Assembly: GCA_964016885.1 (NCBI GenBank)
Contig: OZ024758.1
Location: 1,302,001 to 1,366,000 of the forward strand
DNA length: 64,000 bases
From: Eledone cirrhosa
Lineage: Eukaryota
Reading direction: 5' to 3'
The notes beneath the pieces were generated by a model. It was given only the letters and a program-made list of their open reading frames with translations. It was not told where the DNA came from and did no database searches. Both the position numbers and the translations under genes were made by a program. Below are positions 1 to 58,220 of the stretch, one piece after another; position 1 is the first letter of the stretch, and each line of letters opens with the position of its first letter.

Positions 1-142
1 ATTCCCTCAGTAATAGAGATGGGGAGGGCGAGAGAGATGGAGGCGATGACAGTGGGAGTTCGTCTCTTCCATGTTCGGACCATATCCTTGTGGTTGTGTT
101 CATTATCGATAGAGTTCATTCTATTATCAAGACTGAATCAAA

Positions 143-362
143 GGGCGGTGGATTGGCAGTATCGGTAGAGGGTCGGATGCCATGCTTTGCAGCAAAGAGT
201 TACGGCCTTTTATGATCTGAGTTCAAATCCCGCCGAGGTTAACTTTATTTTATTGTCCCTATAAGGATGAAAAGCAAAGTACCAGTCACGCAATGGGGTC
301 AATTTAATCAACTTTCCCCTCCCCCCAAATTGCTAGCCTTGTGCCTATATAAAAAACCATTA
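143..362 (+). mobile_element. tRNA-derived SINE (family A), full length with target-site duplication
   Basis: A-box-like TGGCAGTATCGG, B-box GAGTTCAAATCC and the family core. Flanked on both sides by AAGACTGAATCAAA (TSD). Confidence 0.85.
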
Positions 363-705
363 TTAAGACTGAATCAAAAACGCTTTGATAAAGTCACATA
401 TCAGAGAAGACACCATTACGGGACGATGCCATAACAAATGTCATATAGAAACAGAAAAATCAACAACAACACATCAAAGTATGTATATAGAGAGAGTTTA
501 ATGAGTCAACCAATTTGTTTGTCAGTTAAAAAAAAGACAAAATAATAGGTAAATAAAATACATTAGGAATAACAGAAGATGCAGATTATCGATTATTTAA
601 AAATATATCAATCGACCTCAAAAATGTTAGTCGCATTTTTAACCCTTTTGCAATTGATTCATAAAAGAAAAAATGCATATTTGGAGAAAGGCAGCGATTG
701 AAATG

Positions 706-761
<56 letters not shown>

Positions 762-1198
762 TATATATATTCATATATATATTCATATATATATTCATAT
801 ATATATTCATATATATATATATAGATATAGATATATAGATATATATATATATATCCGTAATATCCGTAATACGAAGATATAGAAATATAGTTATATATAT
901 ATAATGTTTTAATAGAAAAACAATAAACCGGTATTTTAATGCACACTTATATCATATTGTTGTTATAACTTTTGATTAGATCATAAACATTTGAAGGGAA
1001 ATTGTGTGTGAATGCATATATGATGATTATAGGTTTATGAAGAGAGCGGGGAGTGTTAGCATATTTCCTTGCTTGTATGTATATGTATATTATATGTATG
1101 TAAATGAATATATTTAGAATATATGCGCAGATACAAAAGAAGCACATACATATATGTATATACATAGATATTTATATACATAAATATATATATATATA

Positions 1199-1247
<49 letters not shown>

Positions 1248-2091
1248 TTTACTTGTTTAAGTAATTAGATTGCGGCCATGTTAGGGCCACGCCTTGGCTT
1301 ATTCGATCATATCATCCAAATATTTATTATTTCAAGAGAGGTACTTCATTTATCGACCTCTTTTTGTCGAACCGCTAAATCACGATACAATACTACAGGC
1401 ACGAACATAAACACAGACATGGATACACACACATATACATGAGTGTGTATGTGTATGTGCGTGTGTCTGTGTGTGTACTGGACGGGCGTCAGCTATTACC
1501 ACCTACTAAATCCATTCCTAAACGTTGGTCAAACCGAGGCGATAGCAAAATACAGTTGCCCAAGGTGCCACACAACGGGACTGAACCCAGAGACAACAGA
1601 TAGATGATGAGAACGAAGTGGTGAGAGAGATGGCTATTTATATATGTATATGTGTGTAAATATATATATAAATATATATACGTATATATACATACATATA
1701 TATATATGTGTGTGCGTATCTCTCTCTATCTATATATATGTATATATGTATATATATATATGAATATATATATATATATATATATATATGAATATATATA
1801 TATATATGAATATATATATATATATGAATATATATATATATATGAATATATATATATATATATGAATATATATATATATATATGAATATATATATATATA
1901 TTCATATATATATATATATATATATATGAATATATATACATATATATATGTATACATATATACATATAGATAGATAGAGAGAGATATATATGAATATGAA
2001 GCTAAGACCAAATCGTTGCAACCAACACTACGCTCTTCAAATCCGTAACTAATTCTGACAAGATTGTTTCAAAAAACTGTCTTTCAACCAT

Positions 2092-2350
2092 TAGTGGATT
2101 GACAGTATCGGTAGAAGGTTGGACGCCATGCTTTCCAGCATAGTTACGGCCCTTGCCATTCTGAGTTCAAATCCCGCTGAGGTTAACTTTGCCTTTCATC
2201 CTTACGAGGTCGATAAAATAAAGTACCAGTAATGCACTGGGTAATTGCTGGCCTTGTGCCTTAAGTAGAAACAATTATTACTGCAACAATAAAGTACCAG
2301 TAATGTACTGGGTAATTGCTGGGATGGTGCCAAAAGTAGAAACAATTATT
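2092..2350 (+). mobile_element. SINE family A with duplicated 3' tail
   Basis: B-box plus the GCCTTTCATCCTTACGAGGTCGATAAAATAAAGTACCAGT core. The tail is repeated twice. Confidence 0.8.
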
Positions 2351-3450
2351 ACTCAAACAATATTATGGTCAAACATCCGTGAGTTTCATAGCCAATGATA
2401 ATAGTATTCGCTTCCTATGCAAACAGCCTCATTACGCTGTTTTGTAAATGACCATCACCATCCTTTGGTTCTAGCAGTGACAGAGAGAAATAACCACATG
2501 TTCAGTTATTTTAATCCCAAATCTCAGTATATTTGCCGATCACTGATGATTCCAGCAACATACAGAAATAATCTAATGTTTTACACACGTTTCTGCCAGA
2601 GGTTGCGACAGACACATATTATCAGCAATGAAAACACCGATGGAAACATTGTGTGTTAGTTTCTATCTGACGTTCCTCTCCTTTTATTTTCCTTTATACA
2701 AGTGGACTGGTGTAAACATCATGCAAACCAATGTTAAGAATAGTCAGGCTCTACCATTTCTGCATTATAACACATTACAATCGAGGCGTGTAAGAAATAA
2801 CCATTCCTGTGATAGAATCCCTACATAACAGATAAATATAACAAATATTGCTACAAAGTTACATCTGCTCGTTGACAAGACGGCCTCATTGCGCAGACAC
2901 TTGTCACGATTGATCCTGAGAATATTTAGAATAAGAGAAGGTATAATCATACTGGTCACTGGAAGACATGTTTTAATTCCCCTTAATATCAATATTACGA
3001 GGCCATTGGAAGCAATCTAAAGATTGCTTCTCTGTAACAAGATATTCAAAGTGACAAATAGAAATATATACAGTAAACGCGACTAGAAATTCTTGGGTGG
3101 ACGGACACCAACCTTTGGCAAATCCGAATCCTGGAGATCGCAGAATTGTGCCAAGATTCATAATTTTACCGTCCTGAGTTAGGACTGATTACTGCAATAG
3201 ATATAGATATAAAAGAAAAGTGTGTTCGTAGTCCTCCTAAAAAGACATACAGGGCCAGCATAGAGAAAATACTCAGGCTTTCAAACAATTCCACAAAAAC
3301 CTCCATCATTATAAAAGACTCACATGAGAAAGGCAGCATGTCTTTCATTTACCTGATATTGAACAAAAACTGATGCGACATTATTAAGGAGAGTAATTTA
3401 GGATAGCCACAATCAACTGACTGGAAGAAATAACCTTAAACCTTAATAAC

Positions 3451-3490
<40 letters not shown>

Positions 3491-3981
3491 GCACAACAAT
3501 TGATACTTCTTGCATTCTAAAACACACTGAAGAGCTTGGAGTTAGCAATACTGTATATATAACAATTAGCTGACAGCTAAATAGTAGTAATATAACTTGA
3601 TAGACTACATAAGCGATAACTACTGGTATTCTTCCTAGAAATGGTCGGTCATCAACTACAAAAATTTGTTTATTTTTCGACAAGTAATTTACAGGTTAGG
3701 CACATGTAATATAAAATTATAGAGATATCAATTGTGATCAAACGGTATATAAAAGCGATCAATTCCTCCCATGTTACACAATTACTTGCCCCGAAATTCG
3801 AATCTGATTGACTGGGGTGGGGTGTGGTGGGGTGGGGGGGATGTAACTGCAATTCAACATTGTAAGTTTTGCAAAGTGAAACTGTTAGACGTCCCTCTAC
3901 ATGCACTAACACAAGCAAACAAACACATGCATATACATACATACATACACACACTAACGCATACGTACTCACACTAACACA

Positions 3982-4060
<79 letters not shown>

Positions 4061-4439
4061 ATACATATATGTATGTATATATATATATGTATATATATAT
4101 GCATATATATATATATACATATATATATACATATATATATATATATTCAATTGAAGAAAGCTGGTTGATTGAAAATCTGCCGACTTTTGCGTAACAGATG
4201 TAATGCACTCTACGGTTTTTGTTTATCCGGAATTTTATTATAATAATAAACAAGAAAGAGGGATATTTAAAAATTGATGTGTACATCTCGTTTGGATATT
4301 TGTCTAAAGAGAACACGTAGGGAAGTTGTTATACAACTGCCTAACGTCTTTGAAATACGTATAACAAAATAAATAGGGATGTACAAATTAAACGATTTTT
4401 CTTGTTTATTTTATATATATATATATATACATGTGTATG

Positions 4440-4472
<33 letters not shown>

Positions 4473-4599
4473 ATCTTCTTGAGTCATCCCTCTTTCGAAG
4501 AAGAAGTATTCATTTCGCTTTCTTAATGGCCAGAATATATGTGGCTCAACACCTGCATAAACAACCACACCACCGCTGTTCTCCAAGTGAAAGAGAAAG

Positions 4600-4770
4600 C
4601 CTGACACAGCTTAGCACCAGTGAGGTCTTAACTCATTTCTACAGCTAAGTAAACTGAAGCAACGTGAAATAAAGTGTCTTGCTCAAGGTCACACCGCATC
4701 ACCCGGTCCCTGGTTCTAACTCGCAAACTGGTGATTGCAGGCCCAACGCTCTCGCCACAAAGCTATGCTC
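4600..4770 (-). mobile_element. tRNA-derived SINE family B (CORE/V-like CCTTGAGCAAGACACTT domain)
   Basis: The plus-strand GTGTCTTGCTCAAGG motif is shared with copies near 23.9, 30.7, 44.9 and 58.1 kb. Confidence 0.65.
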
Positions 4771-4771
4771 C

Positions 4772-4808
<37 letters not shown>

Positions 4809-4856
4809 GTATATATATATATATACATACACATATATATATACATATACATATAC

Positions 4857-4913
<57 letters not shown>

Positions 4914-4950
4914 CATATATATATACATATATATACATATATATATATAC

Positions 4951-5026
<76 letters not shown>

Positions 5027-5092
5027 TATATACATATACATATATATATGTGTATGTGTATATATATGTATATGTGTATATATATATATATG

Positions 5093-5123
<31 letters not shown>

Positions 5124-5142
5124 GTGTATATATATATATATA

Positions 5143-5217
<75 letters not shown>

Positions 5218-5226
5218 GTGTATATA

Positions 5227-5260
<34 letters not shown>

Positions 5261-5266
5261 TATATA

Positions 5267-5375
<109 letters not shown>

Positions 5376-6269
5376 TGGTAGATGTATGAATGTATGAAAC
5401 TACTAGTTTTCAATATTAGATTGACATTAGCGGCATTACATGACATTATTAAGATCCAATCCGTTTTCTTTGGTTCGCTGGAAATAATTACTTTTGAAGT
5501 AGGTTCATGACATTCAGACATTATTTTAAAATATTTAACAATTATACAAAGTTATTTAACAAGGGTATATTGGATGTCTTTCAGATTTTTGCCCTAACTA
5601 TTTGGTTTAATTTCTTCTATTAGGGCTTATTGCCCTTTCCGCAATTCATACATACGAAAATAGGCCACAATAGGTACTTATTTTATGATTATTAATGTAT
5701 GTGTGTATATTATATGAGAATATATATATATATGTGTGTGTGTGTGTATATATATATATAAATGTGAGTGTGTATGTGTGATTTACATAACGCAGTCTAC
5801 GGCTCAGCTCACGTCTCGCGTGAAAGTATATTTGTTAACTAGTTCCATCTTTGTTGTTGCAAAAGAACAAGGAATATTATTTGAAAGAAATCGATTATTT
5901 TCCACCTTCTGTGGTAGTAGACAGGATAGTGTAGCAAGATAAGAAATATGTCTTGCGGTATTTGTTTGGTGAAATCAAATCCATCTGAGGTCAATTTTTG
6001 CCATTCATGTTTTATATTATGATTTGATAATATATATATACCAGTTATATACGGTGTCTGATTCAAGAGATTACAATCTCCTAACCCCCCACCCCACCCC
6101 TCCCGTCAAAAAATAGTTATGGTTTTATATCTCTGGTAGATATCATTATTGTTACATGTTTCATATTACTGGTATTATGGTGCATGCTTATATATGTATT
6201 GAGTTCATATGGTCTTTTAGTGTTGCTTTTTTAGTACTTTTGTTATTTCCTTTTTAGCTTTCGTTTTTA

Positions 6270-6490
6270 TTTTAATCATCATCATCACAATTATCATCAT
6301 CATGATAATCATCATAATAATGATCATCCTAATTATAATCACCATCATTATAATCATCATCTTATAATCATCATCATCATAATGATCACCATCATTATAA
6401 TCATCATCATTATAATCATCATCATTATAACCATTATCATCATAGTCCTCGTGGCCATTTTTATCTTCATCATCGTCATCACCATATTTT
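6270..6490. repeat. Degenerate (ATC/GAT)n trinucleotide tract just 3' of the nAChR stop (likely 3'UTR)
   Basis: Direct reading of the sequence. Confidence 0.8.
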
Positions 6491-6627
6491 ATATTATCCT
6501 TTATTCGTGTCACTCATTTAGGGTGTATTTATATATATATATATATCAGCTATATATATTTTTTTTAGTTCACATTTGTAAATATTTTCTTTACCTTTGC
6601 TTTGTCTTGTGTGTAATTGTGTCAGTT

Positions 6628-48730
<42,103 letters not shown>

Positions 48731-49074
48731 TCTTTTATGTCACTTATTACAAGCAACAAGAGAGCCTATCAATTGAGATACATGAAGCAAGATGTGTCAG
48801 AGGTGGAAAAATAAAACATGGATGTGTTTTGAGGGGACGTACCAACACGGTTACATAATACGTGATATTCATATAACAGATAATACAACTTCAAAATATG
48901 GAAAATATAGATATTGTATATACGAAATATTATTAACGAACATGTATACAGACACATATATATATATTTAAATGTAGATATAGTTCATACATGCATATGT
49001 ATGTATGCATGTATATATGGTCATGTATATATGGTTCCCTAATCAGGAAGCATTTTTCATATGTATGTATGTAT

Positions 49075-49348
49075 GGTCCTGTAACTCTTAATAGATGTGT
49101 AGGGGTGCCGTATTGACAAACGGCTTTTCTTGGGCATTTTAAGCCTGGCGGAGCCCATCATTCTCCAGGTCTGAGGACAGCAGATTTCTTCCAGAGAAAG
49201 GAAATATCGACCACAGTACTAGAGGGTTACTTTTTTTTATCAACCTTGAAAGGATGAAAGGCAAAGTTGACCTCGACGGGATTTGAACTCAGTGAGTAGA
49301 GAGCAGGACCGAATACCATAAAGCATTCTATCCGACGTTCTATCCGCC
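49075..49348 (-). mobile_element. SINE family A with extended 3' module, ~350 bp upstream of the nAChR start codon
   Basis: Similar to the reverse complement of 26860-27155. Confidence 0.75.
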
Positions 49349-49920
49349 TGGTATTTGCATATATCCATCTAGATATACATGAAATGAATGTGTTTTATAC
49401 GGATGTAGACATAGATTTGAATACAGAAGCGTTAATGCATACATATAATACTTGATGTACAAAATTATAAATATATCTTTGAGGTACAATAAACATCTCT
49501 CTCCATTTAAAGACATACACTCTCACGGATATCAAGGAATATTGTAAATTAGATATGTCTTTTCTGTAAATCTGAGTAACTAGTGAAATGTATTTACTCT
49601 GATATATTAAACATGGAAACTAATCCATGGATGCAACTAGTAACAGCTTTCCTTTTTCTTGCAGTTAGACTCAACGACTTGACAAATGAAGCATATTTAA
49701 CCATAACTAAGATCTGTATAAATCAATAGTTTCAACACAACCGAGGTAGAATATATGTAAGAATGGACCAGCCCCAATATATATTAAACCAGGCCCAGAC
49801 ATTAAAAGATGCCAGATATATTCTTGAGAATCGGAAATTCATGAAACAACAGAGAAAAAGAACTCAGTAGAAAATATACTCTTCATAATACATTGAGTGA
49901 TCTCAATAAATTGAACGTGC

Positions 49921-49984
<64 letters not shown>

Positions 49985-50168
49985 GAGATATTTATTTAAT
50001 TATGTCTCATATAAAATAACACAACAAGCTATCCACGAAATACTGATTAGTTAGCACCCCAAACACTAAATTGGGAGAATACTTAGGTATATCCTAATGT
50101 TTGTTGAGAGAGATGGAGTTGGTCAGAGTATCGCTTAAGGCTTTCTCTGTTAATGTATTAAATATATA

Positions 50169-50207
<39 letters not shown>

Positions 50208-51114
50208 GGGGGGGGCTGTATATGTAGTGTCAAGGGTTTCCCTAGAAAAGGGGGTAGGTAAAAGATCGCTACATGTTATCAACAGAGCCTAAATATTATT
50301 AATGTCTCGTCGACACGGGGGATCCCTGCCTTAGGTTTCGAGGTATGACACTATACTAGAAGACATCCACAACTCAATCCCTTATGTCGGCCTCACCTCA
50401 CCACATTCTTCACGCCGTACCTAAAAAGGACTTGACTTCAACATGACAAAACCATGATATACACATAAAGAACATACACACACATGCACACTCACACACA
50501 CACACACACGCACACACACACGCGAGCACACACACACACACACACGCACACACACACGCGAGCACACACACACGCACACACGCACACATCCTAGATATTG
50601 AAGAGCATCGTAGATGAGGCCAGACTGTGCATCAAAGGAACAAAGAGTTGGAAACATTGTCTTAACGAGAAATTTCGGATAATAAAATGATAGAAATCCC
50701 CCCCCCCCTCTTCCAATAAAGGCTTAACACTAAGTATGTTATATTTAGAGGTTACCCATACACAAAACCCCATAATTTATCACCATGGCTAATAGAGGGG
50801 CACGCTATCGAGACCTATGGTAGCGAACAAGTACCTAAGGTGTCAAACAGATATTAAAAAAATATAAGTGCATGCATGTGTGTGTGGTGCATGTGTGAGT
50901 GTCTACCTGTGGGTATGTGTGTGTAAATATATGTAGTTGAATATATATGTGAGTGCTGGTACGTATGTTTATATATATAGATATGTTTATAAGTATATAT
51001 AATATGTATGTGTGTATGTCTTTAAATATATGTCAATAATAATTGTATGTGAACGGACATCTAATATACATAATTGTTGGGATTTATAAAACTACAGACT
51101 TGTACATATATATG

Positions 51115-51167
<53 letters not shown>

Positions 51168-51563
51168 GGCTCCACACACATGCACACAGACACACATCTA
51201 CACTTCAGTTTGTCTTCCGCAAATGCACGGGCATACAATTGTTAAGTTCCCTTTGCATAAACGTTTATTCACACGCATATACATAAGTATGCATGCATAC
51301 ACACGTACATATGCACATAAATGTACGCACACATACACACATACATATGTACAGAAGCATTTTGCAATAAAGTCTACGCTGTGGTGATGTTGTTAAGTGC
51401 TTCTAATGCATTCTAAACTTTATGAGAAAATCCGGTTAATATGATCGCCTGCTCCTCTACTTGGTTGTCTGGCCTTGAAAGCTTAGAAGTAATACGATCG
51501 AAAGTCAATAGGTCTCATGTACATAGAGTGTAGTTATACACACATACATATATATATATATAG

Positions 51564-51632
<69 letters not shown>

Positions 51633-51654
51633 TTTGTATATATATTTATATATT

Positions 51655-51740
<86 letters not shown>

Positions 51741-51764
51741 TTTGTATATATATTTATATATTGG

Positions 51765-51800
<36 letters not shown>

Positions 51801-51822
51801 TTTGTATATATATTTATATATT

Positions 51823-51864
<42 letters not shown>

Positions 51865-51880
51865 TATAAATAAATATTTG

Positions 51881-52005
<125 letters not shown>

Positions 52006-52137
52006 CCTGTAGCTTCGTATCGTCTTCGTCACAGTAGTATTAGCAATAGTAGTTGGTGAGGAAGAAGGGAGAAGAAGAAGAAGACTTTGGAATAATATAA
52101 TTATCGATCTGGGTGTTATATTGCCCTGAATTGAGCG

Positions 52138-52175
<38 letters not shown>

Positions 52176-52418
52176 CATTTTAAAATAAACATAATAATAG
52201 TCGATTACTATAAATAATCGCTGAGAAATGCCGGTAAAATCCCTTCTAGAGCCGTAAATAATTGACTAGGCACCTCTATCCACTTTTATCCGTCACCAGG
52301 TGTATTTTACCTGATTTCCCAGCTATTATTTACCGTGAACGACTTTTGTTATTGTCACTACCGTTGCAATGTGCACATTATAAATATCAAATTTTCTAAA
52401 CGCATGTTAAGTCAACTA

Positions 52419-52491
<73 letters not shown>

Positions 52492-53094
52492 ATATATAAA
52501 CTTTAAAAAAATAACAAAGACAGCATCGTAAATCGCATGTGTTGTCTGCAATGTATATCAGGTCAGGCTACTAATTTCAGGCCTCGTTTCTGGCACACAT
52601 TAAAAAAAAAACTATCGAAATCTTCAGGAACTTTTATTTATCTATCTATTCTGTTTATCATATTCTGTGAAGACTCAATTGGAAATAGCGTGGATCAATT
52701 AGAAGTATTTTGGCATTTAGCCTATGGATATGAATTGTCTGAGATATGAGATATATATTATATAACGTGAAGCTCTAGGTTATTGATTACAATTTCTGGG
52801 ATATTATGTGTGCATGAATGTTATGTAAATTAATTATATAATACATCGGTATATCACACAGTACAGAGGGTTGTCATTATGGTAGCAGGTTTCGATACTG
52901 TTTTCAGCAACTGGCTCCCTACAATGTCCAGCAATATCCACACAGTGGTCAGAATAAATGGATCTTTCGCTATTAAGCAATCAAGGTTTTTCCTTTTTCG
53001 TATCATGTTGAGGAACGATCTGTCTGGGGAAGGGTCACATCTTACATGAGGTACCTCCGATACGGTTATCACGGGTTAGCCTCACAGAACAGTT

Positions 53095-53275
53095 TAAATT
53101 GCTGGCCTTGTGCCTATAGTAGAAACAATTATTATAATCCCGCCGAGGTTAGCTTTTCCTTTCATCCTTACGAGATCGATAAAAAACGCCAGTAATGCAC
53201 TGGGATCGATTTAATCGATTTTTAACTCCCCTAAATTGCTGATCTTGCGCCTAAATCAGAAACTATTATTATTAT
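53095..53275 (+). mobile_element. SINE family A fragments
   Basis: Core and tail motifs present. Confidence 0.7.
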
Positions 53276-53695
53276 TACAATCGATAACTAGATATGACAT
53301 GTTATTTCATGTTTGTTTACTACAAAAAACAACTTTGATCATTATCGACTAACGAATTAGTGGTGGATGGTCGGATGGTTTGATTGTCTGATTGTGCTAG
53401 ATTGTTACTAGCAACTCTATATAGTGAAGTATGTTACTAACAACTATATATAGTATGTTGATGTGTGGAGACTAGCCTCACTAACAAACACCAACTGTAG
53501 ATAGCAATTAATGACACATAAGCAACTAGTTGCTTATGTTCTATATAAATGTTTCATAGGTAGTAAAATCTACACTGGAAGCTAAGCAATATAATACTAC
53601 ACATATAGACACACAGACACACACACAAATATATATATATATATACGGGATAACAGATTATTGTTATAGGTAGTCCACTTAGGTGTAGTTTTTAC

Positions 53696-53759
<64 letters not shown>

Positions 53760-53885
53760 GTAAAAATAAAAAATGTGAAGACTAAAATCCGAAGAGAGCT
53801 CGATAAGGATTAAAAGGAGTTTCAGAAGATCCCGTTGAGGGCGAAAGCAGCGATTCTTTGCTTAAACTTTAATCCGTTATTTTAG

Positions 53886-53965
<80 letters not shown>

Positions 53966-54399
53966 TAGCAGATTAAAGTATATGTATGTACATTCGGATT
54001 GTAATGTTAACTAAACATATATGTGATAAGGATTTCGACAGTGTAAAGAATCTAGTCCAGTAAAGGCTTCGTCTAAATATGTCTGACACGCCCCAAGTCC
54101 AAGTTAGGTTCCATAAAATAGTTTCCAGTTAATTTTTAATGTTTTATTATCAAAAGGTGAGAAGTGACTTTTGGCCCAGCCTGTATAATTTCATTCACAT
54201 ATAAATAGACCTCTGTACATGACTGGCATTATATATTATTGACGTTGCAGTGATGAATGTCAAAGTTGTCCTCGACTGAATTTCAAAGTAATGGTCCGTA
54301 ACACGATAGTGTAAGATATTATCTTATCTGATATCTCTAACGTTTCTGCCATCTAGCGAATCATTTGAGACTTAAGTGTCTCGTCTATCCACAACGTGA

Positions 54400-54950
54400 T
54401 GCAATGGTGATAAGAGACATAATTTCTAGCGATTCACTCGTGGAAATAGCTTTCCTTCGCCTCAGAAATCTATATCTCGCATAACTCCATGATCTACAAA
54501 ATTGCTTTGGAAATTTCACACCAAAATCGAATTCGTTCCTGGTCTAAACATTATCCTAGACCTTCTTTGTCACTTCACAAGGCATTTTACATTGTGTTTC
54601 TTGCTTTTATTGTTCCTATTTAACCTCATATCTTTGTAGCCGATGTCAGATACGTAATAACTGTACTTGACCCGGAGATTGCGTTTCTAAGTCTACATTA
54701 TCAAATGAGTGTGTCACCTTTTCTGTAATTTGATGGATATTTGGCAGCTATATTACCGGAATCCATTTGACAGGTCTTGGTATTCTACAGTCCCATTCTA
54801 GCTTTGGATGTACCGACTTACGATTAGAGTCAATAAATTCCTTCGTATCCCATATTCATTTCCAAACCTTCTATCTCAGAAAACTCTATATATCTTGTAC
54901 TTCCTTTTATATGTTAGCAATGTAAGATTTATGTGAGCTACAGTTTCTAA
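54400..54950 (-). mobile_element. Highly decayed LINE (CR1/L2-like) RT C-terminal fragment
   Basis: Minus-strand VHPKLEW resembles the VRP.LEY motif; no intact frame. Confidence 0.35.
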
Positions 54951-55327
54951 CAATTCATATGACCCCATAAAGGGCTCTTCGTTGGTTTGATATTTTTACG
55001 TTTGTTTTATAAAGAAGATGGGATCTGAGTAAAAGAAATCCCAGTTTGTTACGTATAATATAATTGAACCAGAAACTTAAATAATATAACCATTATATTC
55101 AAACTCGGTTGTATAACAGATTGATAAATAACCCACTCAACTACTTGCCAAAGAAAATTGGCGCTTTGTGACAAATATCTCAATAATATATAGTTGATAT
55201 ATATTTACGTCGGTTACATAAAGTTATATGAAGTATTACTGCCAAAACTCGATGGATTTCGACCAAGCCACTCTCGAAATGATCGCGTTTGATGTTGTTT
55301 CACACGCACACACAAAAACATGCACAT

Positions 55328-55370
<43 letters not shown>

Positions 55371-55458
55371 TATATGTTATATATACATATATATATATGT
55401 GTGTGTATATACAGACATATATATATATACATATTTCAATACATACTCAATCAAACCC

Positions 55459-55493
<35 letters not shown>

Positions 55494-55959
55494 TATATAT
55501 ACATATATATGTGTGTGTGGTTGGGTGAGTAAATCGTTTTGTAGCTATAGTTAGTTGCACTGTGTCGGTCGGGGGCGAGGTAGTGAGGTGTGGGGCTCTG
55601 AACTGAAAATAACAGATCAGTCTGTGTACGCCCACCTAGCACGTTTGTCATTGGTTCCATCTGAGCAGGGCTCCGATGACAAACTTCATAGAATAAATAA
55701 ACCGAGTTATTTGAGTGCACCGAGTCACAGCGAAATATTCAATAATCGCTTTATATGGTAAATCTATGTAAAATGCGCCTTCCCGCACAGGCATACATAT
55801 ATATATAGGTATATTTATATATGTATATATATATATATATATATAAATATATATATAAATATATATAAATATACATATGTTTATATATATGTATATATTA
55901 ATGAATATGTATGTATATATATGTATATATATATATATACATATATATATGTATGTATG

Positions 55960-56038
<79 letters not shown>

Positions 56039-56263
56039 GTGTGTGTGTGTATATATATATATGTATATATATACACGCGTGTGTGTGTGTATTAAAAGAA
56101 AGGTATCTCAACTTTCTGACTTTGGTTCTATCGTCTGTCTGTAACCTATTTAATTATAAAGTTCAAATCTAGGTTTATTTGTAGCTTGATGGTATTGAGA
56201 GTGTCGATAGAGCAATGGTGGAATAGTATTTAAATGGTGACTCATATATATATATATATGTAT

Positions 56264-56364
<101 letters not shown>

Positions 56365-56989
56365 CCGATCTACCTGTCGAAACGGCCACAGCTCAGCCGT
56401 CGAGGTCCTGAATCTTTATATATATATACCACGCGTTTTCCAAATATACAGACAGTGGTAGGAAACTCTCAAGAGAATTGGAGAGCAGACGGTCTTCAGA
56501 GAACCCCACTCGAGTATGTGCTTTGGCCCTTTACGTCTTGCACTCCAAGGAGGCCGAATGTCATGATTCCTGGGTGCCGTTCTGTTGACATTTAACCATT
56601 TAACGGATATCGGAGATTTGTGTATTTAAACTCTTTGGAGATTTTATTGACAGGATCTAGCTTGAGGTTTTCCCGTTTCCTTGCTTTCAAACTTATACTT
56701 AAATGTTTTGTTTCAATAAACAACGTTGGTAGTCATAGTAGCGGTGAGACGTCAATAGTAACACTGGTGTCATCAACACTACAAAGTACTGCTAGATATA
56801 TTTATATCATCTATATATAAATCTAAACGACTTTCGTCCGTCCAACACAATATGTGTGTCTGTGTGTTTGTGTGAATGTATCTGTATGTAAAAGGAAGGG
56901 AGGGGATTGTGAAAAACTATAGCAAAACATTTGAATGTATCTTTATGTACATGTTTGTGTAAATGTATGAGTGCGTGTTTTTCGTGAAT

Positions 56990-57535
56990 TTGTGTGTATG
57001 TGTTTGTGTGAATCTATGTGTGTGATTGTATAAATATAGGTGTGTGTTTGTGTGAATGTATGTGTGCGTTTGTGTGAATGTATGTATGTGTTTGTGTAAA
57101 TATATATGTGTTTGAGTGAATGTATGTGTATTTGTATAAATATATATGTGTGTTTGTGTGAATGTATGTATGTGTTTGTGTAAATATATATGTGTGTTTG
57201 TGTGAATGTATGTATGTGTTTGTGTAAATATATATGTGTGTTTCTGTGAATGTAATTATGTGTTTGTGTAAATATATATGTGTGTTTGTGTGAATGTATG
57301 TATGTGTTTGTGTAAATATATATGTGTGTTTGTGTGAATGTATGTATGTGTTTGTGTAAATATATATGGGTGTTTGTGTGAATGTATGTATGTGTTTGTG
57401 TAAATATATATGTGTGTTTGTGTGAATGTATGTATGTGTTTGTGTAAATATATATGCGTTTGTGTGAATGCATGTATGTGTTTGTGTAAATATATATGTG
57501 TGTTTGTGTGAATGTATGTGTATTTGTGAAAATGT
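56990..57535. repeat. ~38-bp TG-rich minisatellite
   Basis: Repeating GTGTGTTTGTGTGAATGTATGTATGTGTTTGTGTAAATATATAT-type units. Confidence 0.85.
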
Positions 57536-58060
57536 ATCTTAAACAGAAAAGTATGTTATGTTACTATTTAAATAATTGTTTCTTTTGATCGAGAACCAAA
57601 ATTCTATATCTAACTTAATTAGAAGAACAAACGGTTGATAAGAGGATTGGCAGCATAAAATCATGTGTGAAATGGCTTCAGAGGGTGGCTTACAAATTGT
57701 ACTACTGTCTATGCTAATCACTGTTTAATATCTGTCATCGTTTTTATGTTACTGAGATGTTTTTTTCAACATGCTGACGTGTATGTGACTATGTGTGTGC
57801 GTGTGTGAAATGTGTATAAGTTTGTGCGTGTGTGTATGTGTATATGATGTGCGTGTGTGTATGTGTATATGCATTCATTTTTAAGTATGAGTATGTAAAT
57901 ATAAACGCGCAAACACAGACACACTTACAAAAATACACACTCGCAGAAATACATTCACACAAATACACACATATTCACACAAACACACACATACATTCAC
58001 ACAAACACACACATATATTCACACAAACACACATATATTTACACAAACACATACATACAG

Positions 58061-58220
58061 GCTGACCCTTCGGATTGCATGTACAACTCATTTTTGCCAG
58101 CTGAGTGGACTGGAGCAATGTGAAATAAAGTGTCTTGCTCAAGGACAACAACGTCTCCCCGGGAATCGAACTCACAACCTTACGATTGTGAACCAAATAC
58201 CCTAAGCCACGCGTCTTCAC
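58061..58220 (-). mobile_element. SINE family B, near full length
   Basis: GCCAGCTGAGTGGACTGGAGCAATGTGAAATAAAGTGTCTTGCTCAAGGAC...GGGAATCGAACTC. Confidence 0.8.

Noticed and set aside
53820-53860. Active hammerhead in the 44.2/53.8-kb repeat (CAGAAGA-U-CCC..GGG-C-GAAA)
   Set aside because: U4 is A in both copies and no NUH or stem I is evident; at best a fossil.
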